Part shown: positions 40,109 to 48,687 of the stretch, one piece after another
Layout: each line of letters begins with the position of its first letter
Numbering within the stretch: position 1 is the stretch's first letter
Source of the DNA: an uncultured Chloroflexia bacterium
GTDB lineage: Bacteria > Chloroflexota > Limnocylindria > QHBO01
Assembly: GCA_963807915.1 (NCBI GenBank)
Contig: CAWEDO010000002.1
Coordinates: 297,502 to 361,501, forward strand
Length of the DNA: 64,000 bases
Direction of reading: 5' to 3'
Position numbers and translations under genes: made by a program
Notes under the pieces: model-generated
Told to the model about the DNA's origin: nothing
Databases searched by the model: none
Seen by the model: only the letters and a program-made list of their open reading frames with translations

Positions 40109-40474
40109 TCAGTAGACGAGGGTGTTCGTGGCCGAAGTCACCTCCGCGACGAAGCGAGCCGCCGCCACGATCTCGGCGCCGGGAATGAGCGAGTCCGCGA
40201 TGCCACGGCTCTTCACGCAGGGCCCGCAGGCCAGCAGGGTGCCGCCGAGCTCGCGGAAGTCATCGAGCAGCTTCGTCAGCGGGGGGAACTCGCGCGCCTG
40301 GACCGTCTCTGCCTCCCCCTGGTGAACCAGGCAGACGCCGTCGGCCTGGAGTCCGATGACGACAGCGACGTCCGACGCCAGGGCGGCGCAGGCCATGACG
40401 AACGGGATGGTCGCTCGCTCCGGGTCTTCTGGTCCGTGGGTCGCCATGATCACGAGCCTCTGCTGCTCGGCCAT
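40109..40474 (-). CDS. DsrE/DsrF-family sulfur-relay protein
   Basis: 121 aa, LVIMATHGPEDPERATIPFVMA..LLACGPCVKSRGI with a conserved Cys, matching the DsrE-like (COG1553/2210) fold. Confidence 0.65.
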   Translation of the reverse strand: MAEQQRLVIMATHGPEDPERATIPFVMACAALASDVAVVIGLQADGVCLVHQGEAETVQAREFPPLTKLLDDFRELGGTLLACGPCVKSRGIADSLIPGAEIVAAARFVAEVTSATNTLVY

Positions 40475-40504
40475 TTCGGGCTCCTTCCGATATCCAGTGC
40501 GCGT

Positions 40505-40912
40505 TCAGATGAAGAGGATCTGGCCGTCGTCCGCGGCCGCGAGGAAGGCGGCGATGCCGCCGGCGTCGTCGACGATTGGATCAAGGTGCTCGGCGTTCAG
40601 GCCGAGGGTGCTGAGCGATCCTGAGCAGGCGCGAATGGTCACCTCGCCGAGCTCCTTCGCCGTTCGCAGGGTCTCGAGCCACTGGGTCTCCCCAACGTGG
40701 CCGACCGGCTCGTTGAACCTGGGGCGTGCCGCGTCATAGGCGAGGCCGTGATCATTTGTGATGCGGTCGGCGCGGAAGGCGTCCAGGGCCCAGTACATCA
40801 GCAGGATGCTGACCGGCGTGCCCATGGCAGCCGCACCGGAAGCGATCGTCGCCGCCGCATGGAGCTTGTCGTCGGTCCCCGAGAAGAGGACGATTGAGAG
40901 TCCGTTGCTCAC
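40505..40912 (-). CDS. DsrE/DsrF-like (COG2210) sulfur-relay protein
   Basis: Paralogue of 22725-23138 (LFSGTDDKLHAA..IRACSGSLS..GQILFI). GTG 40910-40912 forms a GTGA overlap with the upstream arsR-family stop, and the ORF extends to 40993. Confidence 0.65.
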   Translation of the reverse strand: MSNGLSIVLFSGTDDKLHAAATIASGAAAMGTPVSILLMYWALDAFRADRITNDHGLAYDAARPRFNEPVGHVGETQWLETLRTAKELGEVTIRACSGSLSTLGLNAEHLDPIVDDAGGIAAFLAAADDGQILFI

Positions 40913-41283
40913 CGATGACCTTCCTGACTGGAGACGAGCGGGAGGGGTGCAGGGTCGTGAAATGCGGCCGCCAGTTCGCCCAACCTCGACCATCGGCGAA
41001 CGAGGACTTCACGCATGAGAGCGCACGCGGCCAGGATCTGCGGGTCGCTGAGCTGATAGCTCACCGTTCTGCCGTCGCGGACTGCATCGACAAGGCCGAC
41101 CGCCCGCATGGCTCCGAGATGCTGGGAGGCAGCCGCCTGGGTAAGCCCCAGGGCACGTGCCACCTCATTGACCTCGCGCGGTCGCTCGCCCAGGAGATGG
41201 AGGATCCGCAGGCGATGCGCGCTGGCCAACGACCGGAGCAGCGACGTTTCGAGCTCGTCGATATCGAGAGTGGCGTCTGGCAT
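40909..41283 (-). CDS. ArsR/SmtB-family transcriptional regulator
   Basis: HTH LASAHRLRILHLLGERPREVNEVARALGLTQAAASQHLGAMRAVGLV with a single Cys (ILAACALM). Paralogue of 23145-23495. Preceded by an AT-rich inverted repeat. Confidence 0.85.
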   Translation of the reverse strand: MPDATLDIDELETSLLRSLASAHRLRILHLLGERPREVNEVARALGLTQAAASQHLGAMRAVGLVDAVRDGRTVSYQLSDPQILAACALMREVLVRRWSRLGELAAAFHDPAPLPLVSSQEGHR

Positions 41284-41295
41284 ATCTGCTCCTCG

Positions 41296-41345
41296 CCTGG
41301 TCTATTCGTTCTAGGCGAATATATGCTTAAAGCGTATATAGGCCT
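41296..41345. promoter_or_regulatory. AT-rich imperfect inverted repeat (ATATATGC-TTAAA-GCGTATAT) in the divergent arsR/DUF2892 intergenic region; candidate ArsR operator
   Basis: Local GC drops sharply relative to the ~70% background. The 8-5-8 dyad sits 20-40 nt upstream of the arsR-family start. Confidence 0.4.
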
Positions 41346-41463
41346 TGGGCCATTAGTAATCAGAACGAGGGCCGACCGGACCCCTGGGTATCCATCCCGG
41401 CCCGGCTCTCGTCCCTATGAGTAGGAACGGGCACCAGCCCGTCGACACCACGAGGACATTCAG

Positions 41464-41676
41464 ATGAATCTCGCCACCAATGAATCGCCGACCGACCGGG
41501 TCATCAGAATCGCGCTAGGAATTAGCCTTGCCGGCGTCGCTCTCGCTGGCGTGGCGACTGCCCCCGTGCTCTACGTCGTCTGGGTCATCGCCGCGATCGC
41601 GCTCGTCACGGGTATCGTTGGCTTCTGCCCGCTGTACGCGCTGATCCGCGTCAGCACAAAGCGAGCCAGCCACTGA
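41464..41676 (+). CDS. DUF2892-type small membrane protein (YgaP C-terminal-like, GFCPLY motif)
   Basis: Two TM helices plus the conserved IVGFCPLYALIRVST motif typical of DUF2892, a family often linked to rhodanese/sulfur loci. Confidence 0.6.
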   Translation: MNLATNESPTDRVIRIALGISLAGVALAGVATAPVLYVVWVIAAIALVTGIVGFCPLYALIRVSTKRASH

Positions 41677-41788
41677 TTGGCAGGGAGCGACGGCATCGGT
41701 ACAGGAGGTTGACCTGATCGAATCCCCGGTCGATGACCGTTCCGCCGGTGATGAGTTCGCCGACGCGCTGGTCGGTGAGCTGCCGCGA

Positions 41789-42517
41789 TTGGTGCGGCTG
41801 GCGACGCGGCTCGTCCGGGACCCAGACCAGGCCGAGGATTGTGCGCAGGAGACGATCGTGGGCGCCTGGCGTCGCCGGGATCAGCTTCGAGATCCCGCGG
41901 CGCTCTCGGCCTGGCTGCGGCGCAGCATCGTCAACCGGATCATCGATCGGTCGCGTGTCCATCACGACGAGCTCGACATCGAAGCCATCGAGGTGGACTG
42001 GCGCGACGATCGCTACTCGGTGGCTCCCGACCGAGTGCTGGAGCGGGTCGAGCTTCGGGACGAGCTGGAGGACGCGCTTGCGCGCCTGCCGGTCATCTAC
42101 CGGGTGCCGGTCGTCCTCCACGACGTCGTGGGATGGACGGCAGCGGAGATCGGCCGTGCGATGGAGGCCGGGTTGCCGGCCACTAAACAGCGTCTCCGCA
42201 GGGGCCGGATGATGCTCGTCAGTGCGCTCGCGGGGGACGACGAACGCCGCCAGGCAAGCCTCGCCCAGCCGCTCCGTTGCTGGCGAGCACGTCGGCATGT
42301 CTCGGCGTTCCTAGATGCCGAACTCGATCAGAGCACCCGCTCCGCGGTCCAGGCTCACCTCGCAACCTGCCCAACGTGCCCGCCGTTGTATGCCGGTCTT
42401 GTCGGCGTGAAGGCAAGCCTGGGCGGTCTGCGTGATCCCGATTCGGTCGTCGAGGATGCGATCGCCGGGCGGATCCGGGGGCAGCTCGATGGTCAGCGTG
42501 GCCGGTCCAGGTCGTGA
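41789..42517 (+). CDS. ECF sigma-70 factor fused in frame to a zf-HC2 (ZAS) anti-sigma domain
   Basis: Sigma region 2 (ETIVGAWRRRDQL, SAWLRRSIVNRIIDRSR), region 4 (YRVPVVLHDVVGWTAAEIGRAMEAGLPATKQRLRRGRMML), then HLATCPTCP HxxxCxxC zinc-binding anti-sigma N-domain with no intervening stop. The called start is TTG 41789. Conserved region 2.1 residues (DEFADALVGELPRL) are encoded in frame upstream without a canonical start codon. Confidence 0.65.
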   Translation: MVRLATRLVRDPDQAEDCAQETIVGAWRRRDQLRDPAALSAWLRRSIVNRIIDRSRVHHDELDIEAIEVDWRDDRYSVAPDRVLERVELRDELEDALARLPVIYRVPVVLHDVVGWTAAEIGRAMEAGLPATKQRLRRGRMMLVSALAGDDERRQASLAQPLRCWRARRHVSAFLDAELDQSTRSAVQAHLATCPTCPPLYAGLVGVKASLGGLRDPDSVVEDAIAGRIRGQLDGQRGRSRS

Positions 42518-43149
42518 GCCAACGGACGCCTGGACCGGCCGGGTCAGGCCCGAGCCGGGTGCAGCTCTGGGATGAGCGACATGCGGCCCGGGACCCGGTC
42601 GAGTCGCCAGACCCCGATCCGACACTGGTCGAGGAGATCACGGCGATGACGCCCGGGACGGCGCTCGACCTCGGCGCCGGGGACGGCCGCAACGCCGTGT
42701 GGCTTGCTGAGCGCGGATGGCACGTGACGGCGGTCGACTTCTCGGCGGTCGCCGTGGAACGTGGTCGGGCGCTCGCTGCGACGCGCGGCGTCGATCTCGA
42801 GTGGCGACTCGAGGACTTCCTCGAATGGACGCCCCCAGCTGAGTCGTTCGACCTGGTCGCCCTCTTCTTCATCCATCTGCCGCCCGACCAGCGCCAGCTC
42901 GTCTACGCGAGGGCCGCCGCCGCAGTCCAGCGAGGCGGGACGCTGCTCGTGGTCGGCCATGACCGATCGAATCTGACTCACGGGTCGGGCGGACCGCAGG
43001 ATGCGGACGTCCTGTTCTCGCCAGGCGACATCGTGCGTGACCTGCCGGCCGGATTCATGGTCGAGCGCGCGGATGTCGTCCGCCGTCCCTCGGGCGCAGC
43101 GCCGGCGCCGCTCGACGCGGTGGTCCGTGCGGTGAGGAGAGACGCCTGA
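42514..43149 (+). CDS. class I SAM-dependent methyltransferase (TehB/TPMT-like)
   Basis: ALDLGAGDGRNAVWLAERGWHVTAVDFS motif I. GTG start forms a GTGA overlap with the sigma gene. Confidence 0.7.
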   Translation: MSQRTPGPAGSGPSRVQLWDERHAARDPVESPDPDPTLVEEITAMTPGTALDLGAGDGRNAVWLAERGWHVTAVDFSAVAVERGRALAATRGVDLEWRLEDFLEWTPPAESFDLVALFFIHLPPDQRQLVYARAAAAVQRGGTLLVVGHDRSNLTHGSGGPQDADVLFSPGDIVRDLPAGFMVERADVVRRPSGAAPAPLDAVVRAVRRDA

Positions 43150-43270
43150 ACGAGGCCGCTCGCCGGGGCCGGCCGGCATCTCCGAGAATGCCCAAGCCAA
43201 TCCGACGCCGACCGCGGCGGCCACCAGAGGGTCCTATGATTCGCCTCTAGGCCCCATCAGGAGGAGTCCC

Positions 43271-43663
43271 ATGAGCGACCATCCCAACGCCGTCATCGTG
43301 CGCAAGTACCTGGAGACCATGGACAGCGGCGACATGCAGGCCGCGTCGGACCTGATGACCGACGACATCGAATGGCACGAGATCGGCCGGGCCGACGCGA
43401 TCCAGGGCAAGGCAGCACTGGCAGAGCGCTTCGGCATGGGCAGTGGCACCGCGCCGAGCTACGAGATCACGGGTGAGACGCATGACGTCATCGGCGGCGA
43501 CGATCACACCGTCGCCCTGCTGAGCGCGCACGCCACCCGCGGCGGCCAGACCCTCGACTACAGGGTGGCCGAGATCTATCACGTCCGGGACGGCAAGATC
43601 TCCGGGCGCTGGGCCTTCTCCGACGACACCAAAGCCATCAACGACTTCTTCCAGGGCGAATGA
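43271..43663 (+). CDS. SnoaL-like / NTF2-fold (ketosteroid isomerase-like) protein
   Basis: 130 aa. IVRKYLETMDSGDMQAASDLMTDDIEWHE..YRVAEIYHVRDGKISGRW is an NTF2-like signature. Confidence 0.6.
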   Translation: MSDHPNAVIVRKYLETMDSGDMQAASDLMTDDIEWHEIGRADAIQGKAALAERFGMGSGTAPSYEITGETHDVIGGDDHTVALLSAHATRGGQTLDYRVAEIYHVRDGKISGRWAFSDDTKAINDFFQGE

Positions 43664-44286
43664 CCGTCACGCCGGGGCGCGGCCTGACCTGGGCCGCGCT
43701 CTCCGTCGTCTTCTTCCTGGCCGCCCTCTTCGCGATCCCGCCGCTCCTCGCCGCAGTACGGCTGGTGTGGGATGCGCCACACCTCGCCGAGATGGCGATC
43801 TGGTCGCCCGTCTGGGGAATCCTGGCGGTGCTTGGCGTCCTGGTGGCGGCGCGGCTGGCGCTCGGCACCTGGCTCAGGCCGCCGACGGTCGCCGTCGGCA
43901 TCGCGGCGGTCGGGATCGCGCTCTCCGCGGTCGTGAACGTCGTTCTCCAGCAGTGGGAGATGACGCGGTTCGGGATCACCGAGCCGGAGCTGGTCGGTCC
44001 GACCGCCGGCCTCTTCGCGGTCCTCATCGCCCTCGCGGTGGCGGGTTTCGGCGCACTCCTGGCGCCGAGACGGCTGATCGGTTGGCCGCTGGCGATGGTT
44101 TGCCTCGGATTCGTCGGAGTGGCGATGATCGTGGTCGGAAACCTGCCCGGGCTCGCGGATGGCATCGCCGCCGAGAGCTGGCCGCTGGCAATCTGGGTCG
44201 GCCTGTCCGGTGTCTATGCCCTGGTCGTGACCACGCTGGTCGGTCTTCGAGCGCTGGGGCGTCTCGTGTACGCGGAGCGTACATAA
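43660..44286 (+). CDS. hypothetical integral membrane protein (5-6 TM)
   Basis: ATGA overlap with the upstream gene. Hydrophobic helices throughout. Confidence 0.5.
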   Translation: MTVTPGRGLTWAALSVVFFLAALFAIPPLLAAVRLVWDAPHLAEMAIWSPVWGILAVLGVLVAARLALGTWLRPPTVAVGIAAVGIALSAVVNVVLQQWEMTRFGITEPELVGPTAGLFAVLIALAVAGFGALLAPRRLIGWPLAMVCLGFVGVAMIVVGNLPGLADGIAAESWPLAIWVGLSGVYALVVTTLVGLRALGRLVYAERT

Positions 44287-44480
44287 CTGCCAAGTTCCCC
44301 TACCTGTGAGCCCGATGCGGGGCGTTGGCGCGCCCCGCTGAGCACGAATCGGACCGTCCGCTGGCGCGTTCGCGTGAGTTCGGGCGCCCGGCGGGCATTT
44401 TTCAGCCGATACCTGGCCGTTATGTACGCTGGGCGTAAGGCGCCCTCGGAACCACGGTCCCGAGTGACCCCGCGTCGGAT

Positions 44481-45140
44481 CTAGACCAGGCGGCGGTCCG
44501 AGGCCCAGCGGGTCAGCTCGTATCGGTTCGAGAGCTGGAGCTTGCGAAGCACGGCTGAGACATGCGTCTCGACGGTCTTGACGCTGATGTGGAGCTCCGA
44601 GGCGACCTCCTTGTAGGTGTAGCCGCGCGCGATGAAGCGCAGCGTCTCGCGCTCGCGCGCGGTCAGGAGGTCGAGCTCGGGGTCGATCGGCTGGTCCGAC
44701 TCGCTCGCGAACGCGTCGAGCACGAAGCCGGCCAGGCGCGGCGAGAAGACGACGTCTCCGTCGTGGATGCGCTGCACGGCGCCCACCAGCTCGTCAGCCG
44801 AGATGGACTTCGTCACGTAGCCGCGCGCGCCAGCGCGAATGATGCCGATCACGTCCTCCGCAGCGTCCGACACCGAGAGGGCCAGGAACTGCGCCTTCGA
44901 GCCGGCTGCGCGCACCCCCTCGATCACGCCGCGCCCGCCGCCGGCCGGCATGTGCACGTCCAGCAAGACCACATCCGGCTCGGCCTGGAGAATCCCCGCC
45001 ACCGCCTCCTCGACCGTTCCGGCATCGCCCACGATCCGGCAGCTGCGGCTCAGCTCGGAGCGGACGCCTGAGCGAAAGAGCTCGTGGTCGTCGACCACGA
45101 AGACGCTGACGCCTGAGGCGACGCGGGTCGGCGCGGTCAT
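44481..45140 (-). CDS. two-component response regulator, NarL/LuxR family
   Basis: REC domain (VFVVDDHELFRSGV..D..K) and C-terminal LuxR HTH (LTARERETLRFIARGYTYKEVASELHISVKTVETHVSAVLRKL). Confidence 0.9.
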   Translation of the reverse strand: MTAPTRVASGVSVFVVDDHELFRSGVRSELSRSCRIVGDAGTVEEAVAGILQAEPDVVLLDVHMPAGGGRGVIEGVRAAGSKAQFLALSVSDAAEDVIGIIRAGARGYVTKSISADELVGAVQRIHDGDVVFSPRLAGFVLDAFASESDQPIDPELDLLTARERETLRFIARGYTYKEVASELHISVKTVETHVSAVLRKLQLSNRYELTRWASDRRLV

Positions 45141-46363
45141 GGGGCCCTCCTCGGAAGCCGCATCACGATCTCGGTCCCTGCACCCGGCCGACTGTTGACC
45201 ACGGCGCTGCCGCCGTGCCGCTCCATGCGGCCGACGATCGAGTCGGCGATCCCCCGCCGGTCGGCCGCGACAGCCCCCGGGTCAAAGCCGGGACCGAGGT
45301 CGCGGACATACGCGCTGATCGCCTCGTCCTCGACCTCGACGTAGACCGACACCTCGGTCGCGCCCGAATGCCGCGCGGCGTTGAGGGTGGCCTCGCCGAG
45401 CGCGGCGACGAGGGCGGTGGCGTGGTCGTCGAGGTCGGCGTCACCGACCACGATCGCCTCGACCTTCACCTGCTGCTCCCGCTCGACCCGCCCGGCCATG
45501 GCATCCACCGCGTCGCGCAGTCGTGCCCCGGCGAGCGCGGGCGCTCGCCCGTACAGCCACGCGCGCAGTTCGCGCTCCTGGGTGCGGGCCAGGCTCGCCA
45601 TCTCCCGCTGCTCCGGCGAGCGCTGGATGAGTGCCAGCGTCTGCAGGACCGAGTCATGCAGGTGAGCCGCCATCTCGGCGCGCGCCTCTGTCCGGACCCG
45701 TTGGCTCCGCTCCTCGATGAGGTCGCGCCCCATGCTCCACGCCCATGGCGCGACGATCAGCGCCAGCCCGCCGATCGCCACGAAGACTGCCAGGAGGGTG
45801 CTGCCCGCCGCCCGCAGCGAGGTGTTGGCGAGCAGGAAGACGATCATTGCGGCGAGGATGAGCAGCGACCCGACCAGCATCCGCGAGCTGAAGACGCGAC
45901 CGGTGAGGACCGCATCAAGCGGCCAACGCGCGCCGCGCTCCTCTCCGGATCGGGCCCAGAGGATGGCGAAGCCGATGCCGGCGAGGGTGACCGGCCAGGC
46001 GAGCTCCTCTCCAAACCAGAAGCCGGTGACGAACAGCAGGAGCATGACCCCCGCCAGGATCAGCGCCGCACCGAGCGCCTGGCCCAACGTCGGTCGGATC
46101 AGGATCCGCGCACGAGGCCGGGTCGCTCCCTCGAGCGCCTCCTGTGGCGCGAGGAGCCAGGCCAGAAGGTAGACAACAAGGCCGAACCCTGCTGCCAGGG
46201 CCAGGACCACGAACGCAATGCGCACCACGATCGGCTCGATGCCGAGGTGGTGGCCGATCCCGGCAGCCACGCCACCGATGACGCGGTCGCTCCGGCTGCG
46301 TTCGAGCCGCGGGCGCGCGGCATTGGCCACCTCGCGGCCGCGTCGAACGCCAACCTGCGCCAT
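45137..46363 (-). CDS. PspC-domain sensor histidine kinase (HisKA_3/HATPase_c)
   Basis: N-terminal PspC motif (RSRSDRVIGGVAAGIGHHLGIEPIVVRIAFVVL), TM segments, H-box (AAHLHDSVLQTLALIQ) and ATPase G-boxes. ATG 46363 is preferred over ORF start 46495. Confidence 0.85.
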   Translation of the reverse strand: MAQVGVRRGREVANAARPRLERSRSDRVIGGVAAGIGHHLGIEPIVVRIAFVVLALAAGFGLVVYLLAWLLAPQEALEGATRPRARILIRPTLGQALGAALILAGVMLLLFVTGFWFGEELAWPVTLAGIGFAILWARSGEERGARWPLDAVLTGRVFSSRMLVGSLLILAAMIVFLLANTSLRAAGSTLLAVFVAIGGLALIVAPWAWSMGRDLIEERSQRVRTEARAEMAAHLHDSVLQTLALIQRSPEQREMASLARTQERELRAWLYGRAPALAGARLRDAVDAMAGRVEREQQVKVEAIVVGDADLDDHATALVAALGEATLNAARHSGATEVSVYVEVEDEAISAYVRDLGPGFDPGAVAADRRGIADSIVGRMERHGGSAVVNSRPGAGTEIVMRLPRRAP

Positions 46364-46493
46364 GCCCGCATGTTCGCACACGCCTGAGCAGGCGACGATC
46401 AGGGATGACCCTGAGCCGATGTCTGAGGGGATCAGGGTTGTTGCAGGGTGCTCCCCGATGGGCAGGCCGCTGCCTGCGGTCGAAGATGGCGGC

Positions 46494-47606
46494 ATGACAG
46501 CTCAGGGATCAGAAGGCACGGGGGCCACGCAGCGCAACCTCCGACGACGCACGAACGATCGAGTGCTGGGTGGGGTGGCCGGTGGCCTCGGGGACTACTT
46601 CAACGTCGATCCGCTATTGATCCGGATCGGTTTCGTGGGGCTCATGATCTTCGGCGGCGCCGGGCTGGTCCTGTACGTCGCAGCGTGGCTGCTGATCCCC
46701 GCGGAAGGGCACGACGCCTCCCCGGTCGAAGCCTTCATTCGACGGTTGGGCCTCACGCCAGGTCGCCTCGCCTGGGTCGCCCTGGCGCTTGTCGTATTCA
46801 TCCTGTTCGTTAACTCGTGGAACGTTGGAATCGGTTACTCCGATGGCCCGCTCGGGATTCCCGGTCCGGTCTGGGCACTGGCGATCGTGGTGGTCGGCGT
46901 CATGCTGGTCCGTCGGCGCGAGGTGGCGGCGGCACCTGGCATGGTTGCGGCCAAACCGGCGCCCGCGCTGCCGGTCGCGCCGGCCGTGAGTGCACCACCC
47001 CGCCCGCGATCGCCCCTTGCCTGGTACGCCATCGGGGGGCTCCTGCTCACCGTTGGACTGCTCGCCGCCGCGAGCCAGATCGGCGACATCACCGTCGCGC
47101 CCGGGCAGTTCTTCGGCACCGCCCTGGTGGTGCTGGGAATCGGCCTCGTCATTGGCGCGTGGTGGGGACGAGCCAGGATCCTGATCCTGCTGGTGATCCT
47201 GCTGGCGCCGATGGGGGTCGCGGGTAGCTTTCTCACCGCCCCGCTTGAGGGCGGGGTTGGCGACCACAGGTACGCGCCGGTCACCGCTGCCGAGGTCCAG
47301 GATGCATACCGGTCGCTCGGCGGCCGGCTGACGCTCGACCTGACGCAGCTCACCACCAGTCCACGGGACATTCATATCGCCGCCAGCGTGGCGGTCGGGC
47401 AGCTCATGGTTATCCTCCCCGAGGGGGCATCGATCGAGCTCCACACGCAGGTCGGCGCGGGGGACGTGATCGTCCTCGGATCCCAGGACGTGGGCACGAG
47501 CCTAGACAGCACCTTCATTCGCCGGCACCTGAATCGGACCACTTACATCCTCGACCTCGAGGCGGGAATCGGCGAGGTCTACGTCCGCACAGCGGGAGGC
47601 TTCTGA
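46494..47606 (+). CDS. PspC-domain membrane protein with LiaF-like C-terminal domain
   Basis: PspC motif (NDRVLGGVAGGLGDYFNVDPLLIRIGFVGL), several TM helices and a C-terminal beta-rich DUF2154/toast-rack-like domain. Divergent from the kinase/regulator pair. Confidence 0.7.
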   Translation: MTAQGSEGTGATQRNLRRRTNDRVLGGVAGGLGDYFNVDPLLIRIGFVGLMIFGGAGLVLYVAAWLLIPAEGHDASPVEAFIRRLGLTPGRLAWVALALVVFILFVNSWNVGIGYSDGPLGIPGPVWALAIVVVGVMLVRRREVAAAPGMVAAKPAPALPVAPAVSAPPRPRSPLAWYAIGGLLLTVGLLAAASQIGDITVAPGQFFGTALVVLGIGLVIGAWWGRARILILLVILLAPMGVAGSFLTAPLEGGVGDHRYAPVTAAEVQDAYRSLGGRLTLDLTQLTTSPRDIHIAASVAVGQLMVILPEGASIELHTQVGAGDVIVLGSQDVGTSLDSTFIRRHLNRTTYILDLEAGIGEVYVRTAGGF

Positions 47607-47818
47607 TGGAACGACATCCTGCGGATCTGTTCTCGCTCCTTGCCGGGCTGCTGACCTTGGGGCTCGGCCTGCTGCTCCTCTCTGTCGGCGTCAGCGATGT
47701 GCCGATGGAGTGGGTCGGTCCAGCCGTGGCGATCGGCATCGGCATCCTGATCGTGGTTGCCGCCCGGCCGGGCCGCGACGCCGACGCGGATCCTACCCTC
47801 ACGGCGGACGAGCCATGA
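47606..47818 (+). CDS. small membrane protein (2 TM)
   Basis: ATGA-coupled at both ends, lying between the PspC/LiaF-like gene and the ABC ATPase gene. Confidence 0.45.
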   Translation: MERHPADLFSLLAGLLTLGLGLLLLSVGVSDVPMEWVGPAVAIGIGILIVVAARPGRDADADPTLTADEP

Positions 47819-48687
47819 GCGACGCGCCGATCCTCGAGACCCACGATCTCGCGAAGCGCTACGGGCGGCGGACCTGGGCGCTGACCGGGATCGACCTCGC
47901 GATCCCACAGGGGGGAATCACAGCGCTGGTCGGGCCGAACGCCGCCGGAAAGTCGACGCTCATCAAGACCTGGGTCGGATTCGAGCGGCCGACGCGCGGA
48001 AGCGTCACGGTCGGCGGCATCGATCCATGGAAGGACCGCTCGCGGGTGCTGGGGCTGGTCGGCTACGTTCCGCAGACACCGTCGCTGTACGACGGACTCA
48101 GCGTCGAGGACCACCTCGACCTGGCGGTCCTGCTGCGGCCCGATTTCGACCGGCCCTACGCCCGCCAACGCCTGGATCAGCTCGGCATCCCCGCTGGCCA
48201 CGGAGCGAAGTCCCTCTCGGGCGGTCAGCAGGCCCAGGTTGCGCTGGCGCTCGCACTCGGCACCCGCGCCCGGATCCTGCTGCTCGACGAGCCGCTGGCG
48301 AGCCTCGACCCGCTGGCACGCCGCGAGTTCCTGCACGTCCTGACCGATGCCGTCCGCAGCGACGGCGCCACGGCGCTCCTTTCCAGCCATATCGTCACGG
48401 ACGTCGAGCAGGCTTGCGACCGGCTGGTGGTGCTGGGTGTCGGACGAATCCTTCTCCACGACACGGTCGCGGACGCCCTGGCGAGCCATTGGATGTCGAC
48501 TGATGGTGCCAGGTCGGAGGAAGGCACGGCGATCGGCTCGTTCGGTGGTCCCGGCGGCGAGCGCCTGACGCTTCTCCGCACCGATTCTCCGACAGCTGGA
48601 CCCGCCCTCCGCCCGGCCACGCTGGAGGAGGTCGTGCTCGGCTACCTGGCTTCCGGCCGCGGCCTTCCCGGTGAGGCCGCTGCGTGA
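47815..48687 (+). CDS. ABC transporter ATP-binding protein (ABC-2/bacitracin-type exporter)
   Basis: Walker A GPNAAGKSTL, LSGGQQAQVALALAL signature and Walker B LLLDEP. Confidence 0.85.
   Translation: MSDAPILETHDLAKRYGRRTWALTGIDLAIPQGGITALVGPNAAGKSTLIKTWVGFERPTRGSVTVGGIDPWKDRSRVLGLVGYVPQTPSLYDGLSVEDHLDLAVLLRPDFDRPYARQRLDQLGIPAGHGAKSLSGGQQAQVALALALGTRARILLLDEPLASLDPLARREFLHVLTDAVRSDGATALLSSHIVTDVEQACDRLVVLGVGRILLHDTVADALASHWMSTDGARSEEGTAIGSFGGPGGERLTLLRTDSPTAGPALRPATLEEVVLGYLASGRGLPGEAAA

Noticed and set aside
41651-42298. 215-aa minus-strand ORF
   Set aside because: Antisense to the clearly motif-bearing ECF sigma gene.
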